Shown here piece by piece: positions 1-15,070 of a DNA stretch of 64,000 nucleotides. The position numbers were made by a program, and so were the translations under genes. Source of the stretch: Eledone cirrhosa. Taxonomy: Eukaryota. Location of the stretch: the NCBI GenBank assembly GCA_964016885.1, contig OZ024752.1:11904001-11968000 (forward strand), in the 5' to 3' direction. Each line of letters begins with the position of its first letter. Within the stretch, counting starts at the first letter, position 1. A model generated the notes under the pieces. That model had not been told where the DNA came from, made no database searches, and saw only the letters and a program-made list of their open reading frames with translations.

Positions 1-147
1 CAGAAATCATAGTCCTCACCAAGCAAGCTTGGTGAATTTGCCGGTTTAGTCACCAATAACCTGACAATGTGATGGGTCGTACTGGGTTATGTTACCAGTA
101 GTGCTCAAGAGCAACCTGACGTTACTTCAGAAATATCACAACATTGA

Positions 148-332
148 AATAATTGTTTCTACTTTTTGACACAAGGCCAGCAATTATCCCAGAACATTAC
201 TGGTACTTTATTTTATCGACCCCATAAGGATGAAAGGCAAAGTTAACCTCGGCGGGATTTGAACTCAGACCTTAAAGGGCCGTAACTCTGTGCTTCAAAG
301 CACGGCGTCCGACTCTCTACCGATACTGCCAC
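148..332 (-). mobile_element. abundant tRNA-derived SINE (family A)
   Basis: Head TGGCAGTATCGGTAGAG, B-box GAGTTCAAATCCC; further copies at about 18013-18226, 18232-18456, 28875-29095, 35692-35870, 41145-41318, 41885-42208, 48392-48535, 52551-52737, 54298-54485, 55617-55838, 62620-62750, 62810-63018. Confidence 0.85.
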
Positions 333-827
333 TGAAATAATGATTCTAATAAATCCCTCCAACTTCATTAGAAATGCAGTAACAAAAGGGTTTTTGTTAC
401 TTTTTTTAATGTTTTGTTTAAATTAATATTTTGAAATTAAATTGAAAAAAAAAATGACATTTATAAGCAACGAAAAGATGACATTTATAAATTGAATTTT
501 TTTTATTATTTTGGGGAAAATTTTGTACTAATACAGAGTCTGTAAGTATTATAATTTTAATTACTCCTAATGCACATATCCTCATTATTAGCATTTTGGT
601 ATGTTTTTTTTCCCCGATATTTGCTTGTGTAGTTTGAACAGGACATAATGTATATAATATATATATATAATATATATATATATAATAATGAGTATAATCC
701 AAGTTGCAGCAGCAAGTAGCAGATTCGCATCCAATTTTTGAAGACTGTCATAAAGCACTCAATGAGTAATCAATAAATTAACCGCGCGATCGGGTGTCCA
801 GCACGACTATTTCTATGTCCCCGCGCA

Positions 828-3074
<2,247 letters not shown>

Positions 3075-3670
3075 ATAAACCAGCCCTCGAATCGGAGACG
3101 CTTTCCGCGAAACATGATAATCACTAACAGCAAACGCGCAGAGAAAAATCCCTTATGTTTGATTCCCAACCTGCTACAAATAAGTCAAGCTGGTTAACGT
3201 ACTTGGGATGTTGTTGTTCTTCTTTGATTTCATAAAATTAGTATCAATAAACCTTCCTGGCTTTATCCTTATTCCATTGTTATATTTATTTTTCGATTGT
3301 CACTTTTCGTTTGTGTGATGCGCGAAGGAACCAACCAACAAACATCTCTCTTTTATATTATGTATACATTTTCATAGATATTTTCATCTTCATCATCACT
3401 AAACCATCACAAACATAATGACTATCACACCCAACCACCACCACTGCTTCAATATCCATATATATAGACAGAGCGAGAGAGAAAGAGAGAGATATTGTGA
3501 GTGTATGAAGAGAGAGATACAGATGGTGACTATGTGACATAAATATATATATATATATGCCGTCTAACCCATGCTAGAGTGGAAAATGGACGTTAAATAA
3601 AGATGATGATGATGATATATTCATTAGTTAAGCAAAACAAGACCACAAAATTTCCATGGAAGACGTTAGT

Positions 3671-6600
3671 TAAAGAGTGTCAACATAGTTGCAGTTTAAT
3701 GTAAGGAATAAAGAGTGTACATTAATTGTAGTTTAATGTAAGGAATAAAGAGTGTACATTAATTGCAGTTTAATGTAAGGAATAAAGAGTGTACATTAAT
3801 TGTAGTTTAATGTAAGGAATAAAGAGTGTACATTAATTGTAGTTTAATGTAAGGAATAAAGAGTGTACATTAATTGTAGTTTAATGTAAGGAATAAAGAG
3901 TGTACATTAATTGTAGTTTAATGTAAGGAATAAAGAGTGTACATTAATTGTAGTTTAATGTAAGGAATAAAGAGTGTACATTAATTGTAGTTTAATGTAA
4001 GGAATAAAGAGTGTACATTAATTGTAGTTTAATGTAAGGAATAAAGAGTGTACATTAATTGTAGTTTAATGTAAGGAATAAAGAGTGTACATTAATTGTA
4101 GTTTAGTGTAAGGAATAAAGAGTGTACATTAATTGTAGTTTAATGTAAGGAATAAAGAGTGTAATTGTAGTTTAATGTAAGGAATAAAGAGTGTAATTGT
4201 AGTTTAATGTAAGGAATAAAGAGTGTACATTAATTGTAGTTTAATGTAAGGAATAAAGAGTGTACATTAATTGTAGTTTAATGTAAGGAATAAAGAGTGT
4301 ACATTAATTGAAGTTTAATGTAAGGAATAAAGAGTGTACATTAATTGCAGTTTAATGTAAGGAATAAAGAGTGTACATTAATTGTAGTTTAATGTAAGGA
4401 ATAAAGAGTGTACATTAATTGTAGTTTAATGTAAGGAATAAAGAGTGTACATTAATTGTAGTTTAATGTAAGGAATAAAGAGTGTACATTAATTGTAGTT
4501 TAGTGTAAGGAATAAAGAGTGTACATTAATTGTAGTTTAATGTAAGGAATAAAGAGTGTAATTGTAGTTTAATGTAAGGAATAAAGAGTGTAATTGTAGT
4601 TTAATGTAAGGAATAAAGAGTGTACATTAATTGTAGTTTAATGTAAGGAATAAAGAGTGTACATTAATTGTAGTTTAGTGTAAGGAATAAAGAGTGTACA
4701 TTAATTGTAGTTTAATGTAAGGAATAAAGAGTGTACATTAATTGTAGTTTAATGTAAGGAATAAAGAGTGTAATTGTAGTTTAATGTAAGGAATAAAGAG
4801 TGTAATTGTAGTTTAATGTAAGGAATAAAGAGTGTACATTAATTGTAGTTTAATGTAAGGAATAAAGAGTGTACATTAATTGTAGTTTAATGTAAGGAAT
4901 AAAGAGTGTACATTAATTGTAGTTTAATGTAAGGAATAAAGAGTGTACATTAATTGTAGTTTAATGTAAGGAATAAAGAGTGTACATTAATTGCAGTTTA
5001 ATGTAAGGAATAAAGAGTGTACATTAATTGCAGTTTAATGTAAGGAATAAAGAGTGTACATTAATTGTAGTTTAATGTAAGGAATAAAGAGTGTACATTA
5101 ATTGCAGTTTAATGTAAGGAATAAAGAGTGTACATTAATTGTAGTTTAATGTAAGGAATAAAGTGTACATTAATTGTAGTTTAATGTAAGGAATAAAGAG
5201 TGTACATTAATTGCAGTTTAATGTAAGGAATAAAGAGTGTACATTAATTGTAGTTTAATGTAAGGAATAAAGAGTGTACATTAATTGTAGTTTAATGTAA
5301 GGAATAAAGAGTGTACATTAATTGTAGTTTAATGTAAGGAATAAAGAGTGTACATTAATTGCAGTTTAATGTAAGGAATAAAGAGTGTAATTGTAGTTTA
5401 ATGTAAGGAATAAAGAGTGTACATTAATTGTAGTTTAGTGTAAGGAATAAAGAGTGTACATTAATTGTAGTTTAATGTAAGGAATAAAGAGTGTACATTA
5501 ATTGTAGTTTAATGTAAGGAATAAAGAGTGTACATTAATTGTAGTTTAATGTAAGGAATAAAGAGTGTACATTAATTGTAGTTTAATGTAAGGAATAAAG
5601 AGTGTACATTAATTGTAGTTTAGTGTAAGGAATAAAGAGTGTACATTAATTGTAGTTTAGTGTAAGGAATAAAGAGTGTACATTAATTGTAGTTTAATGT
5701 AAGGAATAAAGAGTGTACATTAATTGTAGTTTAGTGTAAGGAATAAAGAGTGTACATTAATTGTAGTTTAATGTAAGGAATAAAGAGTGTACATTAATTG
5801 TAGTTTAATGTAAGGAATAAAGAGTGTACATTAATTGTAGTTTAATGTAAGGAATAAAGAGTGTACATTAATTGTAGTTTAGTGTAAGGAATAAAGAGTG
5901 TACATTAATTGTAGTTTAATGTAAGGAATAAAGAGTGTACATTAATTGCAGTTTAATGTAAGGAATAAAGAGTGTACATTAATTGTAGTTTAATGTAAGG
6001 AATAAAGAGTGTACATTAATTGTAGTTTAATGTAAGGAATAAAGAGTGTACATTAATTGTAGTTTAATGTAAGGAATAAAGAGTGTACATTAATTGTAGT
6101 TTAATGTAAGGAATAAAGAGTGTACATTAATTGTAGTTTAATGTAAGGAATAAAGAGTGTACATTAATTGTAGTTTAATGTAAGGAATAAAGAGTGTACA
6201 TTAATTGTAGTTTAATGTAAGGAATAAAGAGTGTACATTAATTGTAGTTTAATGTAAGGAATAAAGAGTGTACATTAATTGTAGTTTAATGTAAGGAATA
6301 AAGAGTGTACATTAATTGTAGTTTAATGTAAGGAATAAAGAGTGTACATTAATTGTAGTTTAATGTAAGGAATAAAGAGTGTACATTAATTGTAGTTTAA
6401 TGTAAGGAATAAAGAGTGTACATTAATTGTAGTTTAATGTAAGGAATAAAGAGTGTACATTAATTGTAGTTTAGTGTAAGGAATAAAGAGTGTACATTAA
6501 TTGTAGTTTAATGTAAGGAATAAAGAGTGTACATTAATTGCAGTTTAATGTAAGGAATAAAGAGTGTACATTAATTGTAGTTTAATGTAAGGAATAAAGA

Positions 6601-6781
6601 GTGTACATTAATTGTAGTTTAATGTAAGGAATAAAGAGTGTACATTAATTGTAGTTTAATGTAAGGAATAAAGAGTGTACATTAATTGTAGTTTAATGTA
6701 AGGAATAAAGAGTGTACATTAATTGTAGTTTAATGTAAGGAATAAAGAGTGTACATTAATTGTAGTTTAATGTAAGGAATA
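3671..6781. repeat. 37-bp tandem array, about 84 copies
   Basis: Unit GTAGTTTAATGTAAGGAATAAAGAGTGTACATTAATT. Confidence 0.98.
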
Positions 6782-6822
6782 ATAATGTCTGTTTACAATT
6801 TAGGATTGGTTTACTCTTGAAC

Positions 6823-6866
<44 letters not shown>

Positions 6867-6870
6867 TATA

Positions 6871-7293
6871 TCATCATCATCATCATCATTTTACGTCCGC
6901 TTTTCCCTGCTTGCAAGGGTGGGACGGGTCTTATTCAGCACAGCATCTCTCCACTCGTCACGGTCCCTCGTCATCTCCACCGTGAGCTTCAATGATCTGA
7001 GGTCTGTTCTCACCACCTCCGCCCATGTTTTTCGTGGTCTACCTCTACCACGTCTTCCTTCAACTGGCATTTCCTGGCACTTCTTCACCCATCGGTCATC
7101 CTCCATGCGCATCACATGTCCATACCACCTCAGTCTCCTCTCCCGTACACTACATTCTATCCCTCTCAGACACAGTTTCTCTCTCAACACATTTATGCTG
7201 GGTCGTTCACGCACATTTACACTGCACATCCAACGGAGCATGCTTGCCTCATTTCTCTCCAGCCGTCGCATATCCTCTGCGGTTGCTGCCCAT
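6871..7293 (-). mobile_element. RTE-clade LINE 3' fragment with (GAT)n tail
   Basis: [11 protein letters not shown]...[15 protein letters not shown] 6891..7271. Confidence 0.9.
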
Positions 7294-7299
7294 ATATAG

Positions 7300-7681
7300 A
7301 TATAAAAATAACAAAATAAGATGCTGAGGTTACATATATCGTTTAATAATTATAATTATTTCCACAGTTCTCCATGCAATCGGGATGCCCTTCATGCATT
7401 CGTTGTTGATTATGAGAACGGTATCCTCAGATGAATATCGGATATGTTTGATATGTCGCTGGCAGGAAAAAACACACGTCCTATTGCTTGTGTGCCCAGC
7501 ATACATATGTTTTTTCCTGCCAGTGACATATCAAACATATCCGATATTCATCTGAGGATACCGTTCTCATAATCAACAGCAAATGCATGAAGGGCATTCC
7601 GATTGCATTGCGAACCGTGGAAATAATTATAATTATTAAACGATATATGTAACCTCAGCATCTTATTTTGTTATTTTATAT
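7300..7681. mobile_element. fold-back element (about 175-bp arms) with a degenerate hammerhead (CTGAGGA 7552 ... GAAA 7620), PLE pLTR-like
   Basis: Arms about 7300-7474 and 7508-7681; stem II TAC-C-GTTC/GAAC-C-GTG, stem III ATAATTAT; stem I weak. Confidence 0.65.
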
Positions 7682-7763
7682 AATTCTTCATCGTAACTAA
7701 AAACAACGAACGCTGAGAGCTTTCTCCTGCTTACTCCTGTTTTTACCAAAACAATCTTTTCCG

Positions 7764-7824
<61 letters not shown>

Positions 7825-7962
7825 TGAGGAAGAGTTATAGATAGAGATGTAAGAGTCTTTGTTCAATTTATGTGCATATTGTCAATTTACTTTTCAATTT
7901 ACGTATCATATCTATATGCATACAGATGCTAGCAGAAAACTACACATGCTAGCAGAAAACCA

Positions 7963-8291
7963 CGCATGGCTTAGTGGTTAGAGCATTGGGCTTGCAATCG
8001 AAAGGTTGTGAGTTCAATTCTCAGACCGAGTGATGTGTTGTTTCCTTGAGCAAGACACTTTATTTCACATTGCTCCAGTTTAATCAGCTGTAGAAATGAG
8101 ATGATAGGACTGGAGTCCCTATCATTCCAGTGTAAAGTGGATGTGTAGGCGCCACGGCAAAAAAGCACCCAGCACTCACTGTAAATGAGGTTGGTGTTAG
8201 GAAGGGCATCCAGCTGTAGAAATCAAGCCAGAATCAGTTCCCGTCCCACCCTTGCAAGCAGGGAAAAGCGGACGTAAAGTGATGATGATGA
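7963..8291 (+). mobile_element. tRNA-headed SINE with RTE-derived 3' tail
   Basis: A-box TGGCTTAGTGG, B-box GAGTTCAATTC, ends CCCGTCCCACCCTTGCAAGCAGGGAAAAGCGGACGTAAA(GAT)n; related copies at about 32720-32955 (+) and 61037-61312 (-). Confidence 0.8.
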
Positions 8292-8415
8292 CATATATAT
8301 ATATATAGAGAGAGAGAGAGAATAAGAAAATGCGAAGTAGTTTCGGATGTTAAAGTCCTTTATTGATAATTCGATTCAATTTGGATTGCCTCGGGAACGT
8401 AATCTTATTATGTAA

Positions 8416-8490
8416 GCTGTCTGATGATGTCACGGCACTGGGTACATGGAATTGTGCAGCCACTGTCGTCATTGAAATATGTATCACAGC
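8416..8490 (+). ncRNA. type I hammerhead ribozyme motif inside a 50-bp inverted repeat (about 8321-8370 / 8491-8540)
   Basis: GCTGT-CTGATGA-long stem II-GAAA-TATGTA-TC-ACAGC; AUC triplet ending at 8485. Confidence 0.8.
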
Positions 8491-8721
8491 ATTATCAATA
8501 AAGGACTTTAACATCTGAAACTACTTCGTATTTTCTTATTCTAGATATACTCTGTAACTCCTATGTGGAAAAAGTGTGTTGAGTACTTGAATTGAATTAC
8601 ATCAATATTTACCGTAAGTATATATATATGTAGAAGTTCTATTTAATTTGTTGGGATACAACAAGCAAATATTTTTATAACTGATATAAAGCACTCAACA
8701 AATTTTTGGAGTAAAAATACA

Positions 8722-9078
8722 ATATATTAATAAATGGAAGCTATATTTATAAAACCATATTTATTTCATTATACATATTTCAAGGACACCAAAGCAAATT
8801 ATGGTGCACTTTCATCAGATAAAAAATAATATAGATCAGTTTTATAAACAAATATTGACATACCTTTAAAGAATGCGACCATGTCGGTTGGAAGCTCCCG
8901 GATAGCTTCCAACCGACGTGGTCGCATTCTTTAAGGGTATGTCAATATTTGTTTATAAAACTGATCTATATTATTTTTTATCTGATGAAAACGCACCATA
9001 ATTTGCTTTGGTGTCTTTGAAATATGTATAATGAAATAAATATGGTTTTATAAATATAGTTTCCATTTGTTAATATAT
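8722..9078. mobile_element. near-perfect 175-bp-arm palindrome of a PLE 3' end, with one hammerhead per strand
   Basis: Arms 8722-8896 and 8904-9078, 7-nt loop; + strand hammerhead 8976-9036, mirror copy on - at about 8764-8824. Confidence 0.8.
8976..9036 (+). ncRNA. type I hammerhead ribozyme motif
   Basis: TTTTAT-CTGATGA-AAA(C)GCACCA..TGGTGT(C)TTT-GAAA-TATGTA-TA-ATGAAA. Confidence 0.75.
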
Positions 9079-9091
9079 ATATATATATATA

Positions 9092-10748
9092 TATCAAAAT
9101 GAAAATCCGAAGGCAAAGTAAAATTCCAATCATTTAATCACGACACGTTTCAATAAGAGATAGATCGATTGTGAAGCCATGATCGATTATCACTGATCTC
9201 ATCAGGTGAAAATGAATTGTCTTCAAATTCTTGATATGAGGGAGAATACCTAGCTAGTAAATAGTTAGATTGATTACACACTTAGTATACCTAGTTAGTA
9301 ATTGATTGCACACTCAGACATGACCGATTATGTGCACCTACCTTTACTTTAAGATACCCTAACCATGGAGTTCTCTCAGTTGGGATATAGCTAGTCGTAT
9401 TACACACTTAGTTAGGACCGATTACGCTCTCTATGCATAACTCTACACACAGTACCCGTTTCCTTTAGACATTGAGCTCCCACAATTACGACTGTCACGT
9501 TCCTACCGACTGAACACTACACCAGGTTTTGATCCGTGATCATCTAGCCATGGAGGACTCACTGTTACGGATTGAACAATAATACTGACACATCATTAAT
9601 GGGCCTACACATCCTTTGGATTTTACTATCCTGTGTTTTTTTACCTCACCTTCTGTGTTGGATAACACATCTCCACCACTCAAACAACTATCTTAAAAGC
9701 TCATTGGCCCATATGACGGGAAATTGCACTTACGGACGCATTTACCCAATACCCAACCCTACATGGAGCTTTTTGCTGGCCTACACTGCGGTTGCTTGCA
9801 CGCACGGATTTGGTGACTCAGATTCTCAATTGGACAGCGGTACATACTGAGTTCGACATGAGCTGATTGCTTGCTCTTCACATGGATGTGTGTATACCTA
9901 GACATACCCTTTTTTGGACGATTCGGATGTGTATATACCATAACATACACTTGAAGATATGGATGTTACAATTCAATCTAGACACGTATAGCAGAACACT
10001 GAACTGAACTTACTTGCTTGTGTGTGTGTGGGGCGTTGGTTAACCCAATATTTCCAATTTACATCGTCAAATTAAGATTTACCCAATATAGCTTCTGTTG
10101 TTTTGTGAACTAACTTTCAGTGAGTGCTGTGTTGGTAGATTCTTATATTTGTTTTTTCTCGGACATAACTCTACAGGTTTAATACTGTGTTGATGTGTGT
10201 ATATATATATGTATATATTTTTTCCTTTGACCTCGAGCCGGTGTATGTGGGTGTGGAGTGTGTGTGTACCCACTCACATTAACTGTGACTGACTGTATCC
10301 CTACAGATTTGATTAATGTCCAGCATCTTTTGCAGCGATAGAAATCTGACAACTTTTATTACCTCAACTGAAGTTAATAGCAATCGCCGTGTCTTTGACT
10401 GGTGCGTCTTCATATGAGAGAATGAATTCTGTGAGAGAACATCGTTTTTTTCTCCCTCATATCAAGAATTTGAAGACAATTCATTTTCACCTGATGAGAT
10501 CAGTGATAATTGATCATGGCTTCACAATCGATCTATCTCTTATTGAAACACGTGTCGTGATTAAATAATTGGAATTTTACCTTGCCTTCGGATTTTCATT
10601 TTGATACTTATACTCCGTTTTACATCATCTAGCTGTTCCCTCGAATGGAATTGGAGATATACAAAAGCGTGGAGAACTTAATATTGCTAACATAAAGTTA
10701 TTGGACCATTTTACACAACCAATAATGCACCTTACTATATAACAACTA
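9092..10748 (+). mobile_element. non-coding PLE-like element with about 155-bp inverted repeats (9092-9246 / 10450-10606) and a 3' tail, in (TA)n
   Basis: Long inverted repeats that contain a hammerhead, TA tracts on both sides, no convincing ORF inside. Confidence 0.65.
10487..10560 (+). ncRNA. type I hammerhead ribozyme motif
   Basis: TCAC-CTGATGA-stem II-GAAA, palindromic stem III ACACGTGT, GUC triplet 10554-10556, then GTGA. Confidence 0.78.
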
Positions 10749-11031
10749 TATATATATATATAGACATATGTATTGTTTGATGTTTGGGAGGGCCATGCTA
10801 TCAATTAAAAACAGGCACACAGACTGCGTTTCATTTGACCTGTTTGTTTTTTATTTGTCAAGTAATTAATCCATCCATCCATCAATTGTTTAATTAACCT
10901 TCTTCTTCTTCACACACTTATTCCTGAGAGGGTTGTTGAGGCAGAGTCCTCAAACACTCCTTCCAGAGGGTCCCGTCAGTGATGCTTTTACCTTCATGCT
11001 GAGGGTAAAGGTTGTCAAAAAACATACTCAA

Positions 11032-11469
11032 TCTACTAATATAAAAGCCTTGTGTATTTGTCTGTCACACACTAGAGATGACTGAGGAAGGAAGGGGTGA
11101 TGATACCATCTGAGGAAGAAAGGGGTGGCAGCATCTAACATCTGCTACACCTGTGTGTGTATATGTATAGCGAATTGACTACACACATTGGCTGTTATGG
11201 TTATGTGTGTGTTTATGTAAATTATATTTATATATAATATTTGTGTGAGTGTATGTGTGTTTATTTAGAAAGAATCTACACATACATATAAACAGACACA
11301 CTTAGAAAAAATAATTATTACATACATGGAAGTATAGAAGTCACAGCTGTGTTTTTTTATGTTTGTATCATTTGTGTGAGTGAGCACAAAGGAACTAACC
11401 AACCAACATCCTTTAATTATGTATAGATACTACAATTACCTGTCATCTTTTACGGCACAGGGCAACTAG
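11032..11469 (+). mobile_element. possible non-autonomous Helitron
   Basis: A|TC...CTAG|T termini with a TCTACTAATATAAAAG start; subterminal hairpin not convincingly seen. Confidence 0.4.
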
Positions 11470-12509
11470 TACTACTATAATACTCCTATGGTAGTCGACT
11501 GATGATTGTCTAAGTCAGTCTCATCGGGCCAGTGCTTATCCCATTGAACCATGGCGTTAAGCAACTGAGAGTACATGACTACCCCCAGGACAGGACGCCT
11601 GTCCATTGCAGTGTTAATCTGCCAGTTATTGCTGGTACTCATTTTCAGCTGAGTATACTGGAGCAACATGAAATGAAGGGTTTTGCTGAAGAACAAAACA
11701 CACAACCCAATCCAGGAATTGAACCCATGACATTATGACCATAAGTCCAGCATCCTTATCACTAGCTATGTACCTCTACTGAGGACTGGGGAACCTAGTA
11801 TTCTCACTTCTGAGATACACGACACCTGAGTTATACTCCACTTCCACACTTCACTTTGACGGTAAACTCCACATCAACATGAGATATTTCTTTCCACAAA
11901 GTTCGATCACCAACAGCAGAGTTTAAAGAGCAAAGATCAAGTCCAGTCCATAAGTTGACATTGTCAATCCATCGTTTTGGCTGCCGGCCTGCTTCTCTTA
12001 CCAGCCAACCGTCCTTCCAGGCATAACCTACTCACACCACAAGTTGATATTTTTCTATGACCGTATAGTTTGAGTACTCTTGACTTGACAATTGATGTAA
12101 TTAGTCTAAGTCTGGTAATGTTGAGCAGCTCACTGAGCCACTTGCCAGTCATAAGTCTCATGATGTGGTTCTGGAATGTAGAGAGCTTCAGAAGTGACCT
12201 TGTCGTGCAATTGACACAGTCAAGACCATATAACACAACTGATAGGATGTATCGAAGATCTGAGCTGTACTAGTGTGGTGTATGCAGTTAGCATTTTCAT
12301 TTCTACAGCCTTCATCATTCACACATTACACTAAGCAGAAAAATATCTTTCCTGAGAGGCTAACAGTTCAACTTGCATATTTATTACTTGCTCAGCAGAG
12401 AAAACGTACGTCAACTCCTATGCACTCAGTACTATAATTTATATAATTTGCATGTAGACACATGTTGGACTTCTACTAGTGATAAGGGTTTCGCAGGCAG
12501 TCTCTAGCC

Positions 12510-12770
12510 CAGTCATGGACAACCTGCGGCCCACGGAGCTTTCTGAATGGCTCGTCTAAGTCACCTCAGTGAAATCTTTGATTTTTTTTACCCCAACTTT
12601 TCAGTTGTAATTTATCTTTCTATCATTTTTACGATCAAGGAAAACGTGTACGAATTCTGAAGAAACAAATCAAAACACCACCCCTTTTTTTTTTAATGCG
12701 GGCACGAATATAAATGAGTGCTTGCGACCCACCTGATGACCCGCTTCTCGAAAAAGGTTGCCCATGTCTG
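12510..12770. mobile_element. hAT-type MITE
   Basis: TIRs CAGTCATGGACAACCT / AGGTTGCCCATGTCTG and perfect 8-bp TSD CTCTAGCC. Confidence 0.85.
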
Positions 12771-13877
12771 CTCTAGCCATAAGCATAGATCCTTCCGAGT
12801 AGTGCAATCCATTGCAAGACTCCTCCTTATTGAATCTCAACAACCAAGGAAATTGACAAATATTGGGGCAGACAAATGGACAGACATGTCTTTGATTTCA
12901 TAGACAATGATGACTAGCCATAAGTTACCTTCAGATACAAATATAAGTGCCACCAGATCCTGGAGTAGATACATACCAACATTTTTAAGTGGTTAGAGCA
13001 TTGGGCTTACAATCAGGAGGTTGTGAGTTCAATTCTCGGACTGGATGATGTTCTACTCAGCTGTAGAAATGAGTTTCGACGTCACTGGTGTCAAGCTGTA
13101 TTGGCCATTGTCTTTCCCTTGGACAACATCAGTGGCGTGGAGAGGGGAGACTGGTATGTATGGGTGACTGCTGGACTTGTGCTTCGGAGGGGAACTTTCT
13201 AGGTGTAAATCCCATGGTCACTAGTGACCGAAGAAGGGTGTCTTTACCCTTAGTTTAAACAATTATATTGTCATACTCTTGCTTTCACACCAAACCTATT
13301 TTAGTGGTGCAATTATTGCAACATGGAGGGGGAAGATGTTTCACATGCAACAACTTCTTTATCATTTACATTACTCTAAATTTACTATTGTATTTTCATG
13401 GTAAAGGCCTTACCTCACATAATATCAAATCTGCAAGAGTTTTTATATTATTTATTTTGAGAACCACACCTTAACATCAGTATGAGCGACCAGTTACAGC
13501 TGGTTTGAACAGAAAGAGGTGAGAGAATTTTGGCCGGATATGGACAGTTTAAATGATTATATTGTTACACTCTTTCACACCAAACCTATTTGGTGCAATT
13601 GTTGAGACAAATGAACATGAGGGGAAGATGTTTCACATGCCACAACCTTTTAAGCAATACTGAACCTAGAAACACCAAATGAATTCCCCACTTGACATCA
13701 ATGTGGTAAAAGCCTTATTCTTTCTTCTGATTGGACCTCTCAACAAGTTTTATGAACCAATTATGTGTTTGTAAATGCAGTACCCAATATAGACATCATT
13801 ATTGGACTGACAGGGTATGTACAGATGCACCTGGATTCTTAGAGAAAGAATGCAGCTCCTTAACCCTTTGGCATTTA

Positions 13878-14231
13878 CAAAGGTAAAAGGGGATGCTCTA
13901 GAGAAGAGCAATTATAGGGGCATAAAACTGATGGATCAGGTTATAAAAGTGACAGAAAAGTTCTAACACAACTAATTAGAGAGTCAAATTAGATGAGATG
14001 CAGTTTGGTTTTGTGCCTGGGAAAAGTACAACAGATGCCCTTTTCTTAGTGAGACAAAAAGAATAAGCCACTATATTTAGCATTTGTTGACCTAGAGAAG
14101 GCCTTTGATTGAGGACTGGCTTGTGGTGACAGAGGAGCTGTCAGTAAAATGAGAGTAGGAATGGAGAGATGCTGAAAAGGACCTGTTCCACTCTTGCAAG
14201 CAAGGAAAAGTGGATGTAAAATGATGATGAT
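13878..14231 (+). mobile_element. deleted RTE LINE remnant
   Basis: NYRGIKL, QFGF.PG.ST.DA and AFVDLEKAFD joined to the RTE tail. Confidence 0.75.
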
Positions 14232-14940
14232 TACTCTATATAAACTTGTATTTTCGCAGTAAAGGCTTTATCTCACACCAGTTAAATAATGTGTTACAGA
14301 TAATTATAGCTGCACAAAATATGCGTCCAAGAAGGTATTCTAAACACGTATATATAACAACTACAGTCATCACTTCTCAACACATCATCATCACCGTTTT
14401 ACGTCCATTCTTCCACGCTAGCATGGGTTGTCCTGTTGTGGGCAATGCCAAGTCATGCTCATACAGAACTGATTTTGGCTTGATTTCTACAGCTGAGTAC
14501 TGGGTGCTTTTTTGTAGTGACACCTACACAGCCACTTTACAATGAATCTTGAACACCCTACTAATTATTTCATAAGAATTCATATTGGTTGCATGGAAGT
14601 AGGAGCAAGAAAATTTAATCAATAACAAAACAATACAAGTTAAATAATTATTTGTAATATTGATATTGATACACCAACAGGAAATACACGTAACACTTAT
14701 GTTTTTTTTTCATTCTTTTTGGGGATTTTTTTCTTGGTTATGCCATTCTTCTAGGAATTGTGTTGAAACAATAGAATGAATTTTTATTTTGTTTTTAACT
14801 TCACATGCTAACTGGGGGAAAATAAAGCAGAGAACATAAGTTACCTCTCCTAAACAATTTCTACACCATTAGTCAGGTGGATTAGGTAACGGAAAATTAG
14901 AAAGCATAATGAAAAAGTCAGTTTCTTGGATAAATACACC

Positions 14941-15070
14941 TCATCTCATATGTTGTATTATTACAGCATTTAAAAGGTTTCCTTCAGCTAGTGTTAGGCT
15001 CTCATTTTGTAGTTCTTTGCTGGGATATGTAGCCAAATAGAAAGAACGGCCAGCATATTCTGGATGTTGT
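14941..15070 (-). CDS. NSFL1C: p47 exon 10 ([42 protein letters not shown])
   Basis: UBX C-terminus, TGA at 14943-14941. Confidence 0.95.

Noticed and set aside
3671-6781. CRISPR-like array (also the 26-, 48-, 55-, 61- and 66-bp arrays)
   Set aside because: Head-to-tail units with no unique spacers, no cas genes, eukaryotic context.
7963-8030. tRNA genes
   Set aside because: A/B boxes belong to SINE heads; no complete cloverleaf could be folded.
8722-9078. ADAR (A-to-G) editing signature fixed between palindrome arms
   Set aside because: Five of seven differences give G-U pairs, but C-to-T decay explains them equally well, only two sites can be polarised, and the 7300 palindrome shows mixed changes.
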